A DNA stretch of 64,000 nt from an uncultured Clostridia bacterium (GTDB lineage: Bacteria; Bacillota; Clostridia; TANB77; CAG-508). The notes under the pieces are model-generated. The model saw only the letters and a list, made by a program, of their open reading frames with translations. It was not told the origin of the DNA and searched no databases. This document shows positions 22,349 through 34,220 of the stretch, in pieces. How positions within the stretch are numbered: position 1 is the first letter of the stretch; each line of letters starts with the position of its first letter. The stretch lies in contig CAUWEX010000005.1 of assembly GCA_963557965.1 (NCBI GenBank), positions 1,062-65,061 of the forward strand, read 5' to 3'. Position numbers and translations under genes: made by a program.

Positions 22349-23542
22349 ATGGACACAAAAAATAAAATAATAGTATTAAAATTTGGAGGGAGCTCAGTAG
22401 CTGACAACATAAAATTAAATGTTGTAGCTGAAAAAATTATTAGTTTAAAAGAAAATGAAGCAGAAAATATAGTAGTGGTAGTTTCTGCACAAGGAAAAAC
22501 AACAGATAGACTAATAAAAGAGGCACAAGAATTATCAGCTGTGCCACAAGAAAGAGAAATGGATATGTTACTTTCAACAGGAGAACAAGTAACAATATCT
22601 AAATTAAGTATTTTGTTAAATAGAAAAGGATACAAAACAGTTTCTTTAACAGGATGGCAAGCAGGAATTAGGACAAATGTTGTCCATGGTAGTGCCAAAA
22701 TAAAAGGAATTTATACAAATAGAATTGAAGAAGAATTAAAAAGTGGAAACATTGTAATAGTAGCAGGTTTTCAAGGGATAAATGAAAATGGGGATATAAC
22801 TACTTTAGGCAGAGGTGGTTCTGACACTACAGCAGTAGCTTTACAAGCAGCATTACATGCTGACAAATGCTACATTTTTTCAGATGTAGACGGTATATAT
22901 TCTGCAGATCCCAATGTGGTTACCATGACTAAAAAATTAGATGAGATATCTTTTGACGAGATGCAAGAAATTGCAGATGCAGGAGCAAAGGTGCTACATA
23001 ATAGATGTATTCAAATTGGTAAAAAGTTCGGAATTGATATTATAGCAAAATCTACGTTTGAAAGTGATGGAGGAACTAGAGTTTGTGAAGGAATTGAAAC
23101 AAGGGAGGTAAAAAGCATCGTAAAAAACGAGGCTTTATTGACGATTTCTTTAGAAAACAAAAAGGTAGAGAATAAAGAAGAATATAGACTATATGAAGAC
23201 TTATTAGATAGAAATGTAATAGTAGAATGGTTTGAAAAAAGACCAAATGGATTTAGCTTTAGAATAAAAAAAGCAGAATTAAACAAAGTACAAGAATTAT
23301 TAGACGATAAATATTCGGATTATGAAATTTCACAAAAACAATTAGTCAAATTATCAATAATAGGATATGGAATTGTACAGGATAATAAAGTGTTAAATCA
23401 AACAGTTAAAATTTTAAAAGAACACAACATTGAAATCGAAAATGTGAATTTAACACAATCAAAAATAGAAATTGTCTTAGACAATATTGAAGATGAACTT
23501 ATAGACCTATTACATAAAAATTTAATAAGAAAGGAAGCGTGA
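22349..23542 (+). CDS. Aspartate kinase
   Basis: KFGGSS, VVSAQG, TTLGRGGSD, DVDGIYSADP; degenerate ACT region. Confidence 0.95.
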   Translation: MDTKNKIIVLKFGGSSVADNIKLNVVAEKIISLKENEAENIVVVVSAQGKTTDRLIKEAQELSAVPQEREMDMLLSTGEQVTISKLSILLNRKGYKTVSLTGWQAGIRTNVVHGSAKIKGIYTNRIEEELKSGNIVIVAGFQGINENGDITTLGRGGSDTTAVALQAALHADKCYIFSDVDGIYSADPNVVTMTKKLDEISFDEMQEIADAGAKVLHNRCIQIGKKFGIDIIAKSTFESDGGTRVCEGIETREVKSIVKNEALLTISLENKKVENKEEYRLYEDLLDRNVIVEWFEKRPNGFSFRIKKAELNKVQELLDDKYSDYEISQKQLVKLSIIGYGIVQDNKVLNQTVKILKEHNIEIENVNLTQSKIEIVLDNIEDELIDLLHKNLIRKEA

Positions 23543-24432
23543 AGAATATGAAAAATACAATATTCAAAGGCTGTGGAACAGCAATTTCAACACCATTTAC
23601 AGAGGACGGAGTTAATTTTGAAGAGTTTAAAAGATTACTAGAAGAACAAGTAAAAAACAATGTGGATGCAATAATAGTTTGTGGAACAACAGGAGAATCA
23701 GCAACTATGACTGAGCAAGAAAGAAAAGATACGATTAAATGTGCAATTGATACTGTTGCAGGGAGAGTAAAAGTAATCGCTGGAACAGGTGCCAATAACA
23801 CAAAAGCTGCAGTAGAGATGTCAAAATATGCTGAAGAAGTTGGCGCAGATGGTTTGCTAGTTGTAACTCCTTATTATAATAAAACTACTCAAGCTGGATT
23901 GATTGCTCATTATAGGGTTATTGCAGAAGCGGTAAAATTACCAATTATCATGTATTCTGTACCAAGTAGAACAGGGGTAAATATAAATCCGGAAACATGT
24001 TTGGAACTTTCAAAAATAGAAAATATTGTTGCTATAAAAGAAGCTAGTGGAAATATTTCACAGGTAGCAAAAATTGTCGCATTATGTGGAGACAATTTAG
24101 ACATTTATTCAGGAAATGATGATCAAATTATACCAATATTATCTTTAGGAGGAAAAGGTGTAATATCAGTTTTATCAAATGTTATGCCTAAATATACTCA
24201 TGACATGACAGATAAATATTTTAATGGAGAGGTTGAAGAAGCTGCAAAAATGCAATTACGAGTAATAGATTTAATTGATGCACTATTTGCAGAAGTAAAT
24301 CCGATACCAGTAAAATATGCATTAAATTTAATGGGATATGACTTTGGAAAACCACGTTTACCACTAATAGAATTATCAGAAAAAAATCAAGAAAAAATGA
24401 AAGAAGTTATGAAAAAACATAATTTGATATAG
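23539..24432 (+). CDS. dapA: 4-hydroxy-tetrahydrodipicolinate synthase
   Basis: GTTGE, TPYYNK, IKEASG (Schiff-base Lys), NPIPVK. Confidence 0.97.
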   Translation: MKNMKNTIFKGCGTAISTPFTEDGVNFEEFKRLLEEQVKNNVDAIIVCGTTGESATMTEQERKDTIKCAIDTVAGRVKVIAGTGANNTKAAVEMSKYAEEVGADGLLVVTPYYNKTTQAGLIAHYRVIAEAVKLPIIMYSVPSRTGVNINPETCLELSKIENIVAIKEASGNISQVAKIVALCGDNLDIYSGNDDQIIPILSLGGKGVISVLSNVMPKYTHDMTDKYFNGEVEEAAKMQLRVIDLIDALFAEVNPIPVKYALNLMGYDFGKPRLPLIELSEKNQEKMKEVMKKHNLI

Positions 24433-24442
24433 AGGTGGAAGT

Positions 24443-25186
24443 ATGAAAGTATTAATAAATGGAGCAAATGGAAAAATGGGAGAAGAGGTGTTAAAAGCAA
24501 TAAAACAACAACCTGAATTTGAAGTTGTATGTGGATTTGATTGTAACACAGAGACAAAAAAAGAGTTTCCTATTTATTCTGATATTGAAGAAATACAAGA
24601 AAAAGTGGATGTAATAATAGATTTTTCAGTACCGAAAGCGACATTTGCAATTTTAAAATATGCCGTAAAAACTAATACACCAATAGTAATTGCAACAACA
24701 GGATTTACTGCAGAGGAAATTAAACAAATTGAAGAAATATCTAAACACGTTCCTGTTTTTAGAAGCTCAAATATGGCATTTGATATTAACTTAATGGCAA
24801 GCTTAGTACAAGAGATTGCAAAAGTATTAAAAGATGCAGACATTGAAATTGTAGAGACACATCACAATAGAAAAGTAGACAGCCCAAGTGGAACGGCAAT
24901 TTTATTAGCAAATGCTATTAATGAGGTTTTAGAAAACAAGAAAACCTACGAATTTGATAGAATGCAAAAAAGAGAAGCTCGTAAAAAAGAGGAAATTGGA
25001 TTTTCATCAATAAGAGGTGGAAATGTTGTAGGTGAGCATACTGTTAAATTTTTTGGAGAAAATGAAACATTAGAATTAAAACATACAGCATATTCAAGAC
25101 AAGTATTTGCAGAAGGAGCATTACGTGCTGCTAAGTTTATAGTAAAACAAGAACCAGGTTTATATGATATGAAAAATTTGGTGTAA
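24443..25186 (+). CDS. dapB: 4-hydroxy-tetrahydrodipicolinate reductase
   Basis: GANGKMG, IDFS, ETHHNRKVDSPSGTA. Confidence 0.97.
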   Translation: MKVLINGANGKMGEEVLKAIKQQPEFEVVCGFDCNTETKKEFPIYSDIEEIQEKVDVIIDFSVPKATFAILKYAVKTNTPIVIATTGFTAEEIKQIEEISKHVPVFRSSNMAFDINLMASLVQEIAKVLKDADIEIVETHHNRKVDSPSGTAILLANAINEVLENKKTYEFDRMQKREARKKEEIGFSSIRGGNVVGEHTVKFFGENETLELKHTAYSRQVFAEGALRAAKFIVKQEPGLYDMKNLV

Positions 25187-25235
25187 TAATAAATTATTTA
25201 GTTATTAAAAAATATATAAAATTAGTATTAAATAA

Positions 25236-25291
25236 TAAAAAAAGGACTTTTGAACTTTACTTTTTAAGTGTAGTTCATTAAAGTCCTTTTT
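25236..25291. terminator. Bidirectional terminator dapB/asd
   Basis: AAAAAGGACTTT...AAAGTCCTTTTT. Confidence 0.75.
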
Positions 25292-25334
25292 GTGTATAAA
25301 AAATGGTACAAAGGTTTATTTTGTAACCTTATGT

Positions 25335-26330
25335 TTAAGATAATTTTTCAATTAATTTTTCCATAATTTGAACAGCATTACTTGATGCACCTTTTCTGAT
25401 ATTATCAGCAACAACCCAAAGGTTAACTCCTGAAGGTACACTATAATCTCTACGAATTCTACCAACAAAAACGTCGTCATGCCCTGTAGCATTGATAGCC
25501 ATAGGATATTCATTGTTTTGAGGATTATCAACTACGACTAAGTTTGGAAAATCTTTCAAAACTTGCACTAACTCGTTTAATTCGAAATCTTTTTCAAACT
25601 CAAGATTTATTGATTCAGAGTGAGAATTACTAACTGGAACTCTAACAGTTGTTGCTGTAATTCTTAAATTTTGATTGTGCAAAATCTTTCTGGTTTCATT
25701 TATCATTTTTAATTCTTCTTTGGTATAACCGTTTTCTGTAAATGAGTCAATATGTGGTAAACAGTTATCATATATAGGATGAGGAAATTTCTTTAATGGC
25801 ATAGAACCATCAGTGTTGTTTAAATCCTCTAAAGCTGATTTTCCGGCTCCTGAAACTGCTTGATATGTAGAGTAAACAATTCTCTTTATTTTATATTTAT
25901 CATTTAAAGCTTTTAATGGCAACATTGCTTGAATTGTAGAACAGTTAGGATTAGCTATAATTCCCGCATTACTGTAAGCATCTTCAATATTTACTTCAGG
26001 GACTACTAAAGGAACATTTTCGTCCATACGAAAATAGCTACTATTATCAATAACAGTACAACCTTTTGAAGCTGCTATAGGAGCAAATTTTTTTGAAATT
26101 TCTCCGCCTGCTGAAAATAATGCAAAATCAAAACCACTATCAAAAGATGTTTCGGTTAGTTCTTGAATTGTATATTCTTTCCCTAAAAATGTAACTTTTT
26201 TTCCAGCTGAGTTTTTGCTTGCAAATAAAGTATAATTTTTGATTGGTAATTTTTTTTCTTCTAATACTGTTAGAAAAGACCTACCAACAAGGCCTGTTGC
26301 ACCTACAATGGCTACTTTTAAATCTTTCAA
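25335..26330 (-). CDS. asd: Aspartate-semialdehyde dehydrogenase
   Basis: GATGLVG, NPNCST, YQAVSGAG, DNIRKGA; TTG start after GGAGG. Confidence 0.97.
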   Translation of the reverse strand: MKDLKVAIVGATGLVGRSFLTVLEEKKLPIKNYTLFASKNSAGKKVTFLGKEYTIQELTETSFDSGFDFALFSAGGEISKKFAPIAASKGCTVIDNSSYFRMDENVPLVVPEVNIEDAYSNAGIIANPNCSTIQAMLPLKALNDKYKIKRIVYSTYQAVSGAGKSALEDLNNTDGSMPLKKFPHPIYDNCLPHIDSFTENGYTKEELKMINETRKILHNQNLRITATTVRVPVSNSHSESINLEFEKDFELNELVQVLKDFPNLVVVDNPQNNEYPMAINATGHDDVFVGRIRRDYSVPSGVNLWVVADNIRKGASSNAVQIMEKLIEKLS

Positions 26331-26550
26331 TTTAATACCTCCTAATTAGGCAATTAGTATAAAATGAATTTTAATTAAAATTCATTTACATTATCGTATT
26401 ACATTGTACTACATTATGTGTAAAAAATAAAGTAAATATTATATAAATTTAAAAGAAGGATGTGTTTTTATGAGTGAAAAAAGAAATATACTAACCTTGA
26501 TTTTTAAGCAAAAATAGGATATAATATTTTGCCAGGTGGAGGGGAAAAAT

Positions 26551-29500
26551 ATGCTTGTAAATCCTATGATTTTAGAGGACTTATATAACGACAGTGGAAT
26601 GACACGAAAGGAAAAGGCAATCAAATATCAAAAAGAGAAAAAAGTAGAAATAAAAAATTTTGAATATGAAAATGCTAATAACTTTGAAGTAAGTGCTACT
26701 GTATATGGAAATAAACCATATAGAACATATGTAAATATAAAAGATGGAATTTTAGAAGATGTAACTTGTACATGTGAAGATTATTATAACCATTACAGCA
26801 TTTGTAAACATGCGCTAGCTACAGTACTAGAAATAAACAATAATCCACAACATATAGGACAAAAAGTGGATAATAGGCAAGAATTAGACAAAATAAAAGA
26901 AATTAATATGGAAACATCAAAAGACCAAACATATAGAAACTTTAAACAAATTGTAAATTTGCTATATCAAGAAGAAATGGAAAATATAGCGGAAGATACA
27001 GAAGAATTAAAAATAAATGGAAATATAAAGCTAGAACCAATTATTTACTATGACAAATTTCAAGGAGATATGAAAGTAGAAATGAAAATTGGAACTAGTA
27101 AAAGAATGTATAAGTTAAAGAATTTGCCAGAATTTTATACAAGGATGATGGAAAAAGATTACTATAAATATGGAGAAAAATTAGAATTTGTACACACAAA
27201 AGAAGCTTTTAATGAAGATAGTCAAAAAATATTAGAATTTATTATGAAATATGCTGAAATAATAAAATATGCAAATTCAAATTCTAATAGTAATTATAGA
27301 TATTATGGAAAAGCTTTAAGCGAAGGAAATATAATTGTAGGAAATAGTGGAATAGATGATTTATTTGAAACATTAAATGGCAAAGAAGTAAATTTTAAAA
27401 GAGATTTTGTAAATGGAAAAATAATATTTACAGAAGAACAGCCCGATATAAAATTTATCATGAAGAAAAAAGAAGATGGAAAATTTAGATTATATCCGAA
27501 TGTTAAAATCTATGAAGAAATAATATTAAAAGGTAGAAAATATAAATATGTTTTAGATGATAAAAAAATATACAGATGTTCAAAAGAATTTGAAATATCT
27601 ACTCTTAAACTTCTAGAAATATTTAAACAAAATTATTTAACAGAGATAGAATTTGGCGAAAATGAGCTTCCAGACTTTTACTCAATTATTATGCCGAAAG
27701 TAAAAAACTCAATTATGATGAAAAATGTTAAAGACGAAGAAGTGGAAAAATACAAACCAAAAGAGTTAATAGTAAAAATGTTCTTAGATTTTAATAAAAA
27801 TAATTATTTAGTTGCTGATGTAAAATTTTGTTACGACAAAGATGAAGTAAATCCGCTATTAGATGACATTAATGCTAATATTTCAAGAAATAAGATAAAA
27901 GAAACGAAGGCATTAAATATGTTGAGAAAAACAGGATTTATGTTAGATACTAAAAATGCAAGATTTATATTACCAGACGACGAAGATATTTATAGATTTT
28001 TAACACAAGATATTAATTATTATATGAAATATTTCGAGGTGATGGTAACTGACAATTTTAAATCTAAACAAATTAGGATGCCTAAAATAAAAGAATTAGG
28101 TGTGCGAGTAGAAAATGATTTGTTAACAATCGATATTAGTAAAATAGATATCGATATTAAAGAACTAAAAGATATAATGGAAAAATATGTACTTAAGAAA
28201 AAGTATTATAGACTTAAAGATGGTAGCTTTATTAATTTAGAAGAAAATAAAGAAATTGAATTTTTAGACAAACTATCAACAGGCATGGATATTAATTATG
28301 ATGAACTAAAAAATGGGGAAATTCGATTACCGGTGAATAGAAGCTTATATTTAAACCAGCTATTAAATGGATTAAAAGGAACGGAGTTAATAAAAAATTC
28401 AGAATATAAAAATATTATTGGAGGGCTAAATAAAGAACGCTTAGAAGAAAACATTGATATACCCAATAATTTAAGTGGAACATTAAGATATTACCAAAAA
28501 ACAGGATATCAATGGTTAAAAACATTGGATAAATACCACTTTGGTGGAATTTTAGCAGATGACATGGGACTGGGAAAAACGGTTCAAATGTTATCTGTAA
28601 TAGTAGATTATGCTGAAAATATTGGTGGGCGTGCAAGTTTAGTTGTATCACCAAGCTCATTAACATTAAACTGGTTAAATGAAGTGGGAAAATTCACACA
28701 AAATTTAAAAACATGTGTAATAAGGGGAACTCTAACAGAAAGAAAAAAAGCGATAGAAGATATAGATAAATATGATTTAATAATTACATCATATGATTTA
28801 TTAAAAAGAGATATTGAATTGTATAGAGAAAAAGACTATAAATTTAGATATATAATAGCCGATGAGGCTCAATATTTAAAAAATAGTACAACACAAAATG
28901 CAAAAGCAATAAAACAAATAAAAGCAGATACTAGATATGCACTAACAGGAACGCCAATAGAAAATTCGTTGTCAGAATTATGGTCAATTTTTGATTTTAT
29001 AATGCCAGGATACTTATTTTCATACAGAAAATTTAAAAGTACATACGAACTTCCAATTGTAAAAAAAGAAGATGACAGGGCAATGCAAAAATTAAAAATG
29101 TTAATAGAACCATTTGTGTTAAGAAGGAACAAAAAAGAAGTATTAACAGAACTTCCAGATAAAACTGTTACGGTTTTAAATAACGAGATGAATGATGAAC
29201 AACAAAAAATATATTTAAATTATTTAGCACAAGCTAAGCAAGAATTAAAAGAACAGATAGAGTTAAACGGATATGAGCATTCTCATATGCAAATATTAGC
29301 AGCATTAACGCGTTTGAGACAAATATGTTGCCACCCTAGTTTATTTATAAAAGATTATAAAGAAGGAAGTAGTAAATTAGACCAATGCATAGAAATTATA
29401 CAAGATGCAATAAATGGGGGACACAAAATTTTACTATTTTCAGGTTACACGTCTATGTTTGAAATAATAGAAAAGGAATTAAAAATAAGAGGTATAACAT

Positions 29501-29880
29501 ATTTTAAATTAACTGGATCTACAAAAGTAGAAGATAGAATACAACTAGTAGATGAGTTTAATGATAATTCTGATGTGAAAGTATTTTTAATATCGTTAAA
29601 GGCTGGTGGAACTGGTTTGAATTTAACAGGAGCAGATATGGTTATACACTATGACCCATGGTGGAATATATCAACTGAAAACCAAGCGACAGATAGAGCA
29701 TATAGAATTGGACAGAAAAATAATGTACAAGTATATAAACTAATTACCAAAAATTCTATTGAAGAAAAAATTTATGAACTTCAAGAAAGGAAAGCTCAAT
29801 TAGCTGATAATATGTTAGATACTAAGACTAAATTTATAAGTAAATTGTCTAAAGATGAAATAATGGATTTGTTTGAATGA
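26551..29880 (+). CDS. SWIM zinc finger-SNF2 family helicase
   Basis: CTC...CKH SWIM motif, [35 protein letters not shown] 26551 follows GGAGGGG (the track gives GTG 26536). Confidence 0.95.
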   Translation: MLVNPMILEDLYNDSGMTRKEKAIKYQKEKKVEIKNFEYENANNFEVSATVYGNKPYRTYVNIKDGILEDVTCTCEDYYNHYSICKHALATVLEINNNPQHIGQKVDNRQELDKIKEINMETSKDQTYRNFKQIVNLLYQEEMENIAEDTEELKINGNIKLEPIIYYDKFQGDMKVEMKIGTSKRMYKLKNLPEFYTRMMEKDYYKYGEKLEFVHTKEAFNEDSQKILEFIMKYAEIIKYANSNSNSNYRYYGKALSEGNIIVGNSGIDDLFETLNGKEVNFKRDFVNGKIIFTEEQPDIKFIMKKKEDGKFRLYPNVKIYEEIILKGRKYKYVLDDKKIYRCSKEFEISTLKLLEIFKQNYLTEIEFGENELPDFYSIIMPKVKNSIMMKNVKDEEVEKYKPKELIVKMFLDFNKNNYLVADVKFCYDKDEVNPLLDDINANISRNKIKETKALNMLRKTGFMLDTKNARFILPDDEDIYRFLTQDINYYMKYFEVMVTDNFKSKQIRMPKIKELGVRVENDLLTIDISKIDIDIKELKDIMEKYVLKKKYYRLKDGSFINLEENKEIEFLDKLSTGMDINYDELKNGEIRLPVNRSLYLNQLLNGLKGTELIKNSEYKNIIGGLNKERLEENIDIPNNLSGTLRYYQKTGYQWLKTLDKYHFGGILADDMGLGKTVQMLSVIVDYAENIGGRASLVVSPSSLTLNWLNEVGKFTQNLKTCVIRGTLTERKKAIEDIDKYDLIITSYDLLKRDIELYREKDYKFRYIIADEAQYLKNSTTQNAKAIKQIKADTRYALTGTPIENSLSELWSIFDFIMPGYLFSYRKFKSTYELPIVKKEDDRAMQKLKMLIEPFVLRRNKKEVLTELPDKTVTVLNNEMNDEQQKIYLNYLAQAKQELKEQIELNGYEHSHMQILAALTRLRQICCHPSLFIKDYKEGSSKLDQCIEIIQDAINGGHKILLFSGYTSMFEIIEKELKIRGITYFKLTGSTKVEDRIQLVDEFNDNSDVKVFLISLKAGGTGLNLTGADMVIHYDPWWNISTENQATDRAYRIGQKNNVQVYKLITKNSIEEKIYELQERKAQLADNMLDTKTKFISKLSKDEIMDLFE

Positions 29881-29893
29881 TTTTGGAGGAGAA

Positions 29894-31261
29894 ATGAGAG
29901 ATTATATAACAGTTATAGGTGGAGGCTTGGCAGGATGTGAAGCCGCCTATCAAATTGCCAAGCAAGGAATAAAAGTAAAATTATATGAGATGAAACCTAA
30001 AAAGTTTTCACCAGCACATAGTAACAAGGATTTAGCAGAAATTGTATGTAGCAATTCGTTTAAATCCAATTTATTAACAAATGCATGTGGTTTATTAAAA
30101 GAAGAATTGAGAAGATTGGATTCATTGCTTATAAAAATTGCAGATAATACAAGTGTGGCTGCAGGGCAAGCACTGGCTGTTGATAGAGATGTATTTGCGA
30201 AAAAGGTTACAGAAGAAATTAAAAACAATCTATTAATAGAAGTTGTTAATAAAGAAGTAACAGAAATAGGGGAAATAGCCGAAGATGGGATTGTTATTAT
30301 AGCGACAGGACCTTTGACTTCTGATGGACTAGCAGAACAAATTTCAAAGATTACAGGACAAGATAAATTATATTTTTATGATGCAGCTGCACCAATAGTT
30401 AGCAAAGCTAGCATAAATTTTGATATAGCATTTTATGGAGATAGATATAAGCAAGAAAAGAAAAAGGAAGAAGAGATAGACGAATGGAAAGAAAGAATAC
30501 AAAGTCAAGAAGGAAAAGAACAAAGCTATATAAATCTTCCATTGTCGCAAGAAGAATACGAATTGTTTTGGAATGAGCTTGTTAATGCTGAAGTAGTTAC
30601 ATTACATGATTTTGAAAAAAGAGAAATCTTTGAAGGCTGTATGCCGATTGAAATTATGGCTAAAAGGGGAATTGATACATTGCGTTTTGGTCCGTTGAAA
30701 CCAGTTGGGTTTGATGACCCAAGAACAGGTAAAAGACCTTATGCGCTTGTTCAATTAAGGCAAGATGATAAGCAGGCGAGTATGTATAATTTAGTTGGAT
30801 TTCAAACTAACCTAAAATTTGGGGAACAAAAAAGAGTGTTTTCTATGATACCTGGATTAGAAAATGCTGAATTTATGAAATATGGAGTAATGCATAGGAA
30901 TACGTATATCAATTCTAGCAACTTACTAGATGAAACATATAATTTAAAAACTAATAAAAATATATATTTTGCTGGACAAATAACAGGTGTAGAAGGATAT
31001 GTAGAATCAATATCATCAGGATTGGTTGCAGCTCTAAATGCGTGTGAAAGATTTAAAGGGATAGATAACGTGGGAAAAGTTACTTTCCATGACGAAACAG
31101 TAATTGGTGCTTTGGCTAAATATATTTCGACTCCAAATTCAAAATTCCAGCCAATGAATGCAAATTTTGGGATATTACCAGAACTTGAAGGAAAGAAAAT
31201 AAAGGATAAAAAAGAAAGATATATGAACTTAGCAAGAAGAAGTCTGAAACATTTCGAATAA
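29894..31261 (+). CDS. trmFO: FAD-dependent tRNA (uracil-5)-methyltransferase TrmFO
   Basis: [41 protein letters not shown]. Start 29894 follows GGAGGAG. Confidence 0.96.
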   Translation: MRDYITVIGGGLAGCEAAYQIAKQGIKVKLYEMKPKKFSPAHSNKDLAEIVCSNSFKSNLLTNACGLLKEELRRLDSLLIKIADNTSVAAGQALAVDRDVFAKKVTEEIKNNLLIEVVNKEVTEIGEIAEDGIVIIATGPLTSDGLAEQISKITGQDKLYFYDAAAPIVSKASINFDIAFYGDRYKQEKKKEEEIDEWKERIQSQEGKEQSYINLPLSQEEYELFWNELVNAEVVTLHDFEKREIFEGCMPIEIMAKRGIDTLRFGPLKPVGFDDPRTGKRPYALVQLRQDDKQASMYNLVGFQTNLKFGEQKRVFSMIPGLENAEFMKYGVMHRNTYINSSNLLDETYNLKTNKNIYFAGQITGVEGYVESISSGLVAALNACERFKGIDNVGKVTFHDETVIGALAKYISTPNSKFQPMNANFGILPELEGKKIKDKKERYMNLARRSLKHFE

Positions 31262-31292
31262 CAATACGACAAAGAATTTAATATAAAAGTAA

Positions 31293-31330
31293 TAAAAAGT
31301 GCAACTATTTTAAAGAAGGTTGCACTTTTT
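31293..31330 (+). terminator. Intrinsic terminator
   Basis: AAAAAGTGCAAC...GTTGCACTTTTT. Confidence 0.8.
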
Positions 31331-31461
31331 ATATTACAAATATTACTAAAATATGACAATTTAGTTAAAATGCTTCAAAAACACCTGAAAATAATTGCAA
31401 AATAAATAATTTATGGTATAATTTAAATTAGTGATATACTATGGATAAAAGGAGGTTAAGC

Positions 31462-31590
31462 ATGGACGAATTAACCAATTTGGGGATTAACAAAGAAAAT
31501 TTAAAAGGAATGTCTACAGAAGAATTAGCAGATCTAAAAATTGAATTAGAAGATTTGATAATGAAATGTGATGAACTATTAAATAGTTAG
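31462..31590 (+). CDS. Small acidic helical protein (42 aa, missing from ORF track)
   Basis: MDELTNLGINKENLKGMSTEELADLKIELEDLIMKCDELLNS; strong RBS AAAGGAGG; promoter TTGCAA-16-TATAAT with TG at 31395-31422. Confidence 0.75.
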   Translation: MDELTNLGINKENLKGMSTEELADLKIELEDLIMKCDELLNS

Positions 31591-31602
31591 GAGAGGAATA
31601 AA

Positions 31603-32790
31603 ATGGAATTAAATGACAAAGTAAATGAAGAATACAAACAAGATAAGGTTGCATACAATAAAATGCAAAAAGCTAAATCAATTGTTGAAAAACTGGCTAA
31701 AGACTTAAAAATGACACAAAGAGAAGAACAAGATGCAGCAATAAGCGAAATAAGGGCAAAAGAAGATAATGACAAAGAGGGCGAAAAAGAAGCAAAATTA
31801 GCAAAAGAAGCGGCTCAAAAAAAAGTAGAACAAATAAAAACTAAAATCGAAAAATTACAAGGAAAATTACAAGAAAGTCATGACAAAGTGGACAGCTATA
31901 TAAATGAATTGAAAAAAGACCCAGAATTTGAAAATCATTTGAATTCAATATTAGAAAAAAGATATAACAGAAAATTAAAAGCTGCAACACAAGAAAAAGC
32001 TCAAGTCGAAAATATTATTGCTCTATGTAAAGCACATCCAACATTAAGTAATAATTTAAAAGGAATGATACGCGCTCAAGAAGAGTTAGAAAAATTGAAA
32101 GAAGAATTAGAACCATTAGATATAGAAAAAGACAAAGTTAAAATAGAAAAAATTTCCGGAGAAATAAGAGCAATGGTTACTAAAAAAGAGAACAATTCTA
32201 ACTTGTTTATAGCATATTGTGAGAAAAACAATGTAAATGTCAGTAAAGAGTTTTTAGAAAAGTTAGTGGAAGAAAAAGGTTTTGCTCGTGATAAACAAGG
32301 TAATATTAAATTAGAATCTACACTAAATAACATTTCTAAAGGTTATACTAAGCAAATAAAATCATATCAAAAAGCAATTGAAAAAGTTCCGAATGCTAAG
32401 GTCTTTGCTGATAACAGAGTTGTAAAGGAAGAAATTCAAACACCATTATCTGTTATTAGTGGAGGAGATTTAGAAAAAGAAGAAACTTCTGAGTTACCTG
32501 TACCTAAGTTTAAATGGTATGAATTTAGAAAAAGATTTAATGCTTGGAGAGAAAGAAAAGCGGCAGAAAAACAAGATAAAAAAGTTGAAGAAGAAAGTAA
32601 AGATGAAGCTGCAGAAACTAAAGTTCTTCCAATAGAAGAAGTAAAACAAAAAGCTTCTGATAAATTTAGAGAAGCATATAAATATGATATCGTAAAAGAT
32701 TACGTAGATGCACAAGAAAAGAATATATATAAAGAGGCTAGTAAAGAAGTAAGAAAAGAAAAATCAAATGAAGATAGTCAAGAAAGATAA
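31603..32790 (+). CDS. Hypothetical coiled-coil protein
   Basis: 395-aa K/E-rich ORF with host-like codon usage, RBS GGAGAGG, and an aromatic-basic segment KFKWYEFRKRFNAWRERK. Confidence 0.8.
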   Translation: MELNDKVNEEYKQDKVAYNKMQKAKSIVEKLAKDLKMTQREEQDAAISEIRAKEDNDKEGEKEAKLAKEAAQKKVEQIKTKIEKLQGKLQESHDKVDSYINELKKDPEFENHLNSILEKRYNRKLKAATQEKAQVENIIALCKAHPTLSNNLKGMIRAQEELEKLKEELEPLDIEKDKVKIEKISGEIRAMVTKKENNSNLFIAYCEKNNVNVSKEFLEKLVEEKGFARDKQGNIKLESTLNNISKGYTKQIKSYQKAIEKVPNAKVFADNRVVKEEIQTPLSVISGGDLEKEETSELPVPKFKWYEFRKRFNAWRERKAAEKQDKKVEEESKDEAAETKVLPIEEVKQKASDKFREAYKYDIVKDYVDAQEKNIYKEASKEVRKEKSNEDSQER

Positions 32791-32796
32791 ACGTTG

Positions 32797-32824
32797 AAAA
32801 ACTTGGATTTTATTCCAAGTTTTT
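32797..32824 (+). terminator. Intrinsic terminator
   Basis: AAAAACTTGGA-TTTTAT-TCCAAGTTTTT. Confidence 0.8.
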
Positions 32825-32943
32825 CTTGACTTATACAGTATAACGTGATAAAATAATAAACGTTATAATAAATTGCATGAAATGTGCAATTCCGTAACAA
32901 TATAACAGATTTAGTAAAATTAAAAATAGGAGGTGAAATTTAA

Positions 32944-33357
32944 GTGCCAACAATTAATCAATTAGTAAGAAAAGGAAGAAAAGACAAAGTAGCTAAAGTT
33001 ACAGCACCAGCTCTTCGTCATGGTTACAACTCAAGAAACAAAAAATTAACAAATAGTAGATCACCACAAAAAAGAGGAGTATGTACAGTTGTAAAAACAG
33101 TTACACCTAAAAAGCCAAACTCAGCTTTAAGAAAAGTTGCCAGAGTTAGACTTTCAAATGGTTATGAAGTTATATCATATATTCCTGGTATAGGACATAA
33201 CCTACAAGAACACAGTGTTGTATTAATTAGAGGTGGTAGGGTAAAAGACCTTCCAGGTGTTAGATACCACATCATCAGAGGAACATTAGATACAGCAGGT
33301 GTTAAAGATAGAATGCAAGCTCGTTCTAAGTATGGAGCTAAAAAACCTAAAAAATAG
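32944..33357 (+). CDS. rpsL: 30S ribosomal protein S12
   Basis: [30 protein letters not shown]. Confidence 0.99.
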   Translation: MPTINQLVRKGRKDKVAKVTAPALRHGYNSRNKKLTNSRSPQKRGVCTVVKTVTPKKPNSALRKVARVRLSNGYEVISYIPGIGHNLQEHSVVLIRGGRVKDLPGVRYHIIRGTLDTAGVKDRMQARSKYGAKKPKK

Positions 33358-33359
33358 AT

Positions 33360-33484
33360 AAAACAAATTGAAAGCGGTAACTTGCACATTTTAACTAAAT
33401 AATTCAAACTTCGACGTACCCACGTACGCATTTAGCTTGTATTATTTATCAAAAATGCACAATTTACTACTTTGAATTCGTTTT
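33360..33484. repeat. 125-bp imperfect inverted repeat (MITE/REP-like) in the rpsL-rpsG spacer
   Basis: 48-nt arms 33360-33407 / 33437-33484 enclosing a CGTAC-CCAC-GTACG hairpin. Confidence 0.65.
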
Positions 33485-33662
33485 AAATAAACTAGACTAG
33501 GAATTTAGCAAATAAATTAGTGCTTGTAATTCTTACTAAACTTAAGGTACTTAAATTTAGAATAGATTTATTAGCGCTATACGGAAAAGTAAAAAACTTT
33601 TCAGAGTACCTAGATGCTTTCAAAATAAAGCATCAAACATAAAATTCAAGGAGGGAAGAATA

Positions 33663-34133
33663 GTGCCAAGAAAAGGATATATAGCAAAAAGAGATGTATT
33701 ACCAGATCCAATGTATAATAGCAAAGTTGTTAGTAAATTAGTAAACAACATAATGTTAGATGGTAAAAAATCAGTTGCTCAAAAAATAGTATATGATGCA
33801 TTTGACATCATAAAAGAAAAAGAAGGAAAAGATCCTTTAGAAGTTTTTGAAGCAGCATTAGAAAATATCATGCCAGTTCTAGAAGTTAAAGCTAGAAGAG
33901 TTGGTGGAGCTACATACCAAGTTCCATTAGAAATTAGACCAGAAAGAAGACAAACTTTAGGGCTAAGATGGTTAGTAAACTATGCTAGAAACAGACATGA
34001 AAAAACAATGGCTGAGAAATTAGCTGGAGAAATCATGGATGCAGTAGCTGGAAATGGTGGAGCATTCAAGAAAAAAGAAGATACACACAGAATGGCAGAA
34101 GCTAACAAAGCTTTCGCTCATTACAAATGGTAA
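33663..34133 (+). CDS. rpsG: 30S ribosomal protein S7
   Basis: MPRKG...[11 protein letters not shown]...[12 protein letters not shown]. Confidence 0.99.
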   Translation: MPRKGYIAKRDVLPDPMYNSKVVSKLVNNIMLDGKKSVAQKIVYDAFDIIKEKEGKDPLEVFEAALENIMPVLEVKARRVGGATYQVPLEIRPERRQTLGLRWLVNYARNRHEKTMAEKLAGEIMDAVAGNGGAFKKKEDTHRMAEANKAFAHYKW

Positions 34134-34220
34134 AATTTTATGGCAAACAGTATGTATATACTTTTGTTTAAAATTAAACCAAAATATATTAATAAAAACC
34201 TAGAAAGGGGGATTTTATAA

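Noticed and set aside
31462-31590. Small ORF as a ribosomal protein L29 paralogue
   Set aside because: Only a short LxxMSxEEL resemblance; the peptide is acidic and lacks the basic L29 C-terminus.
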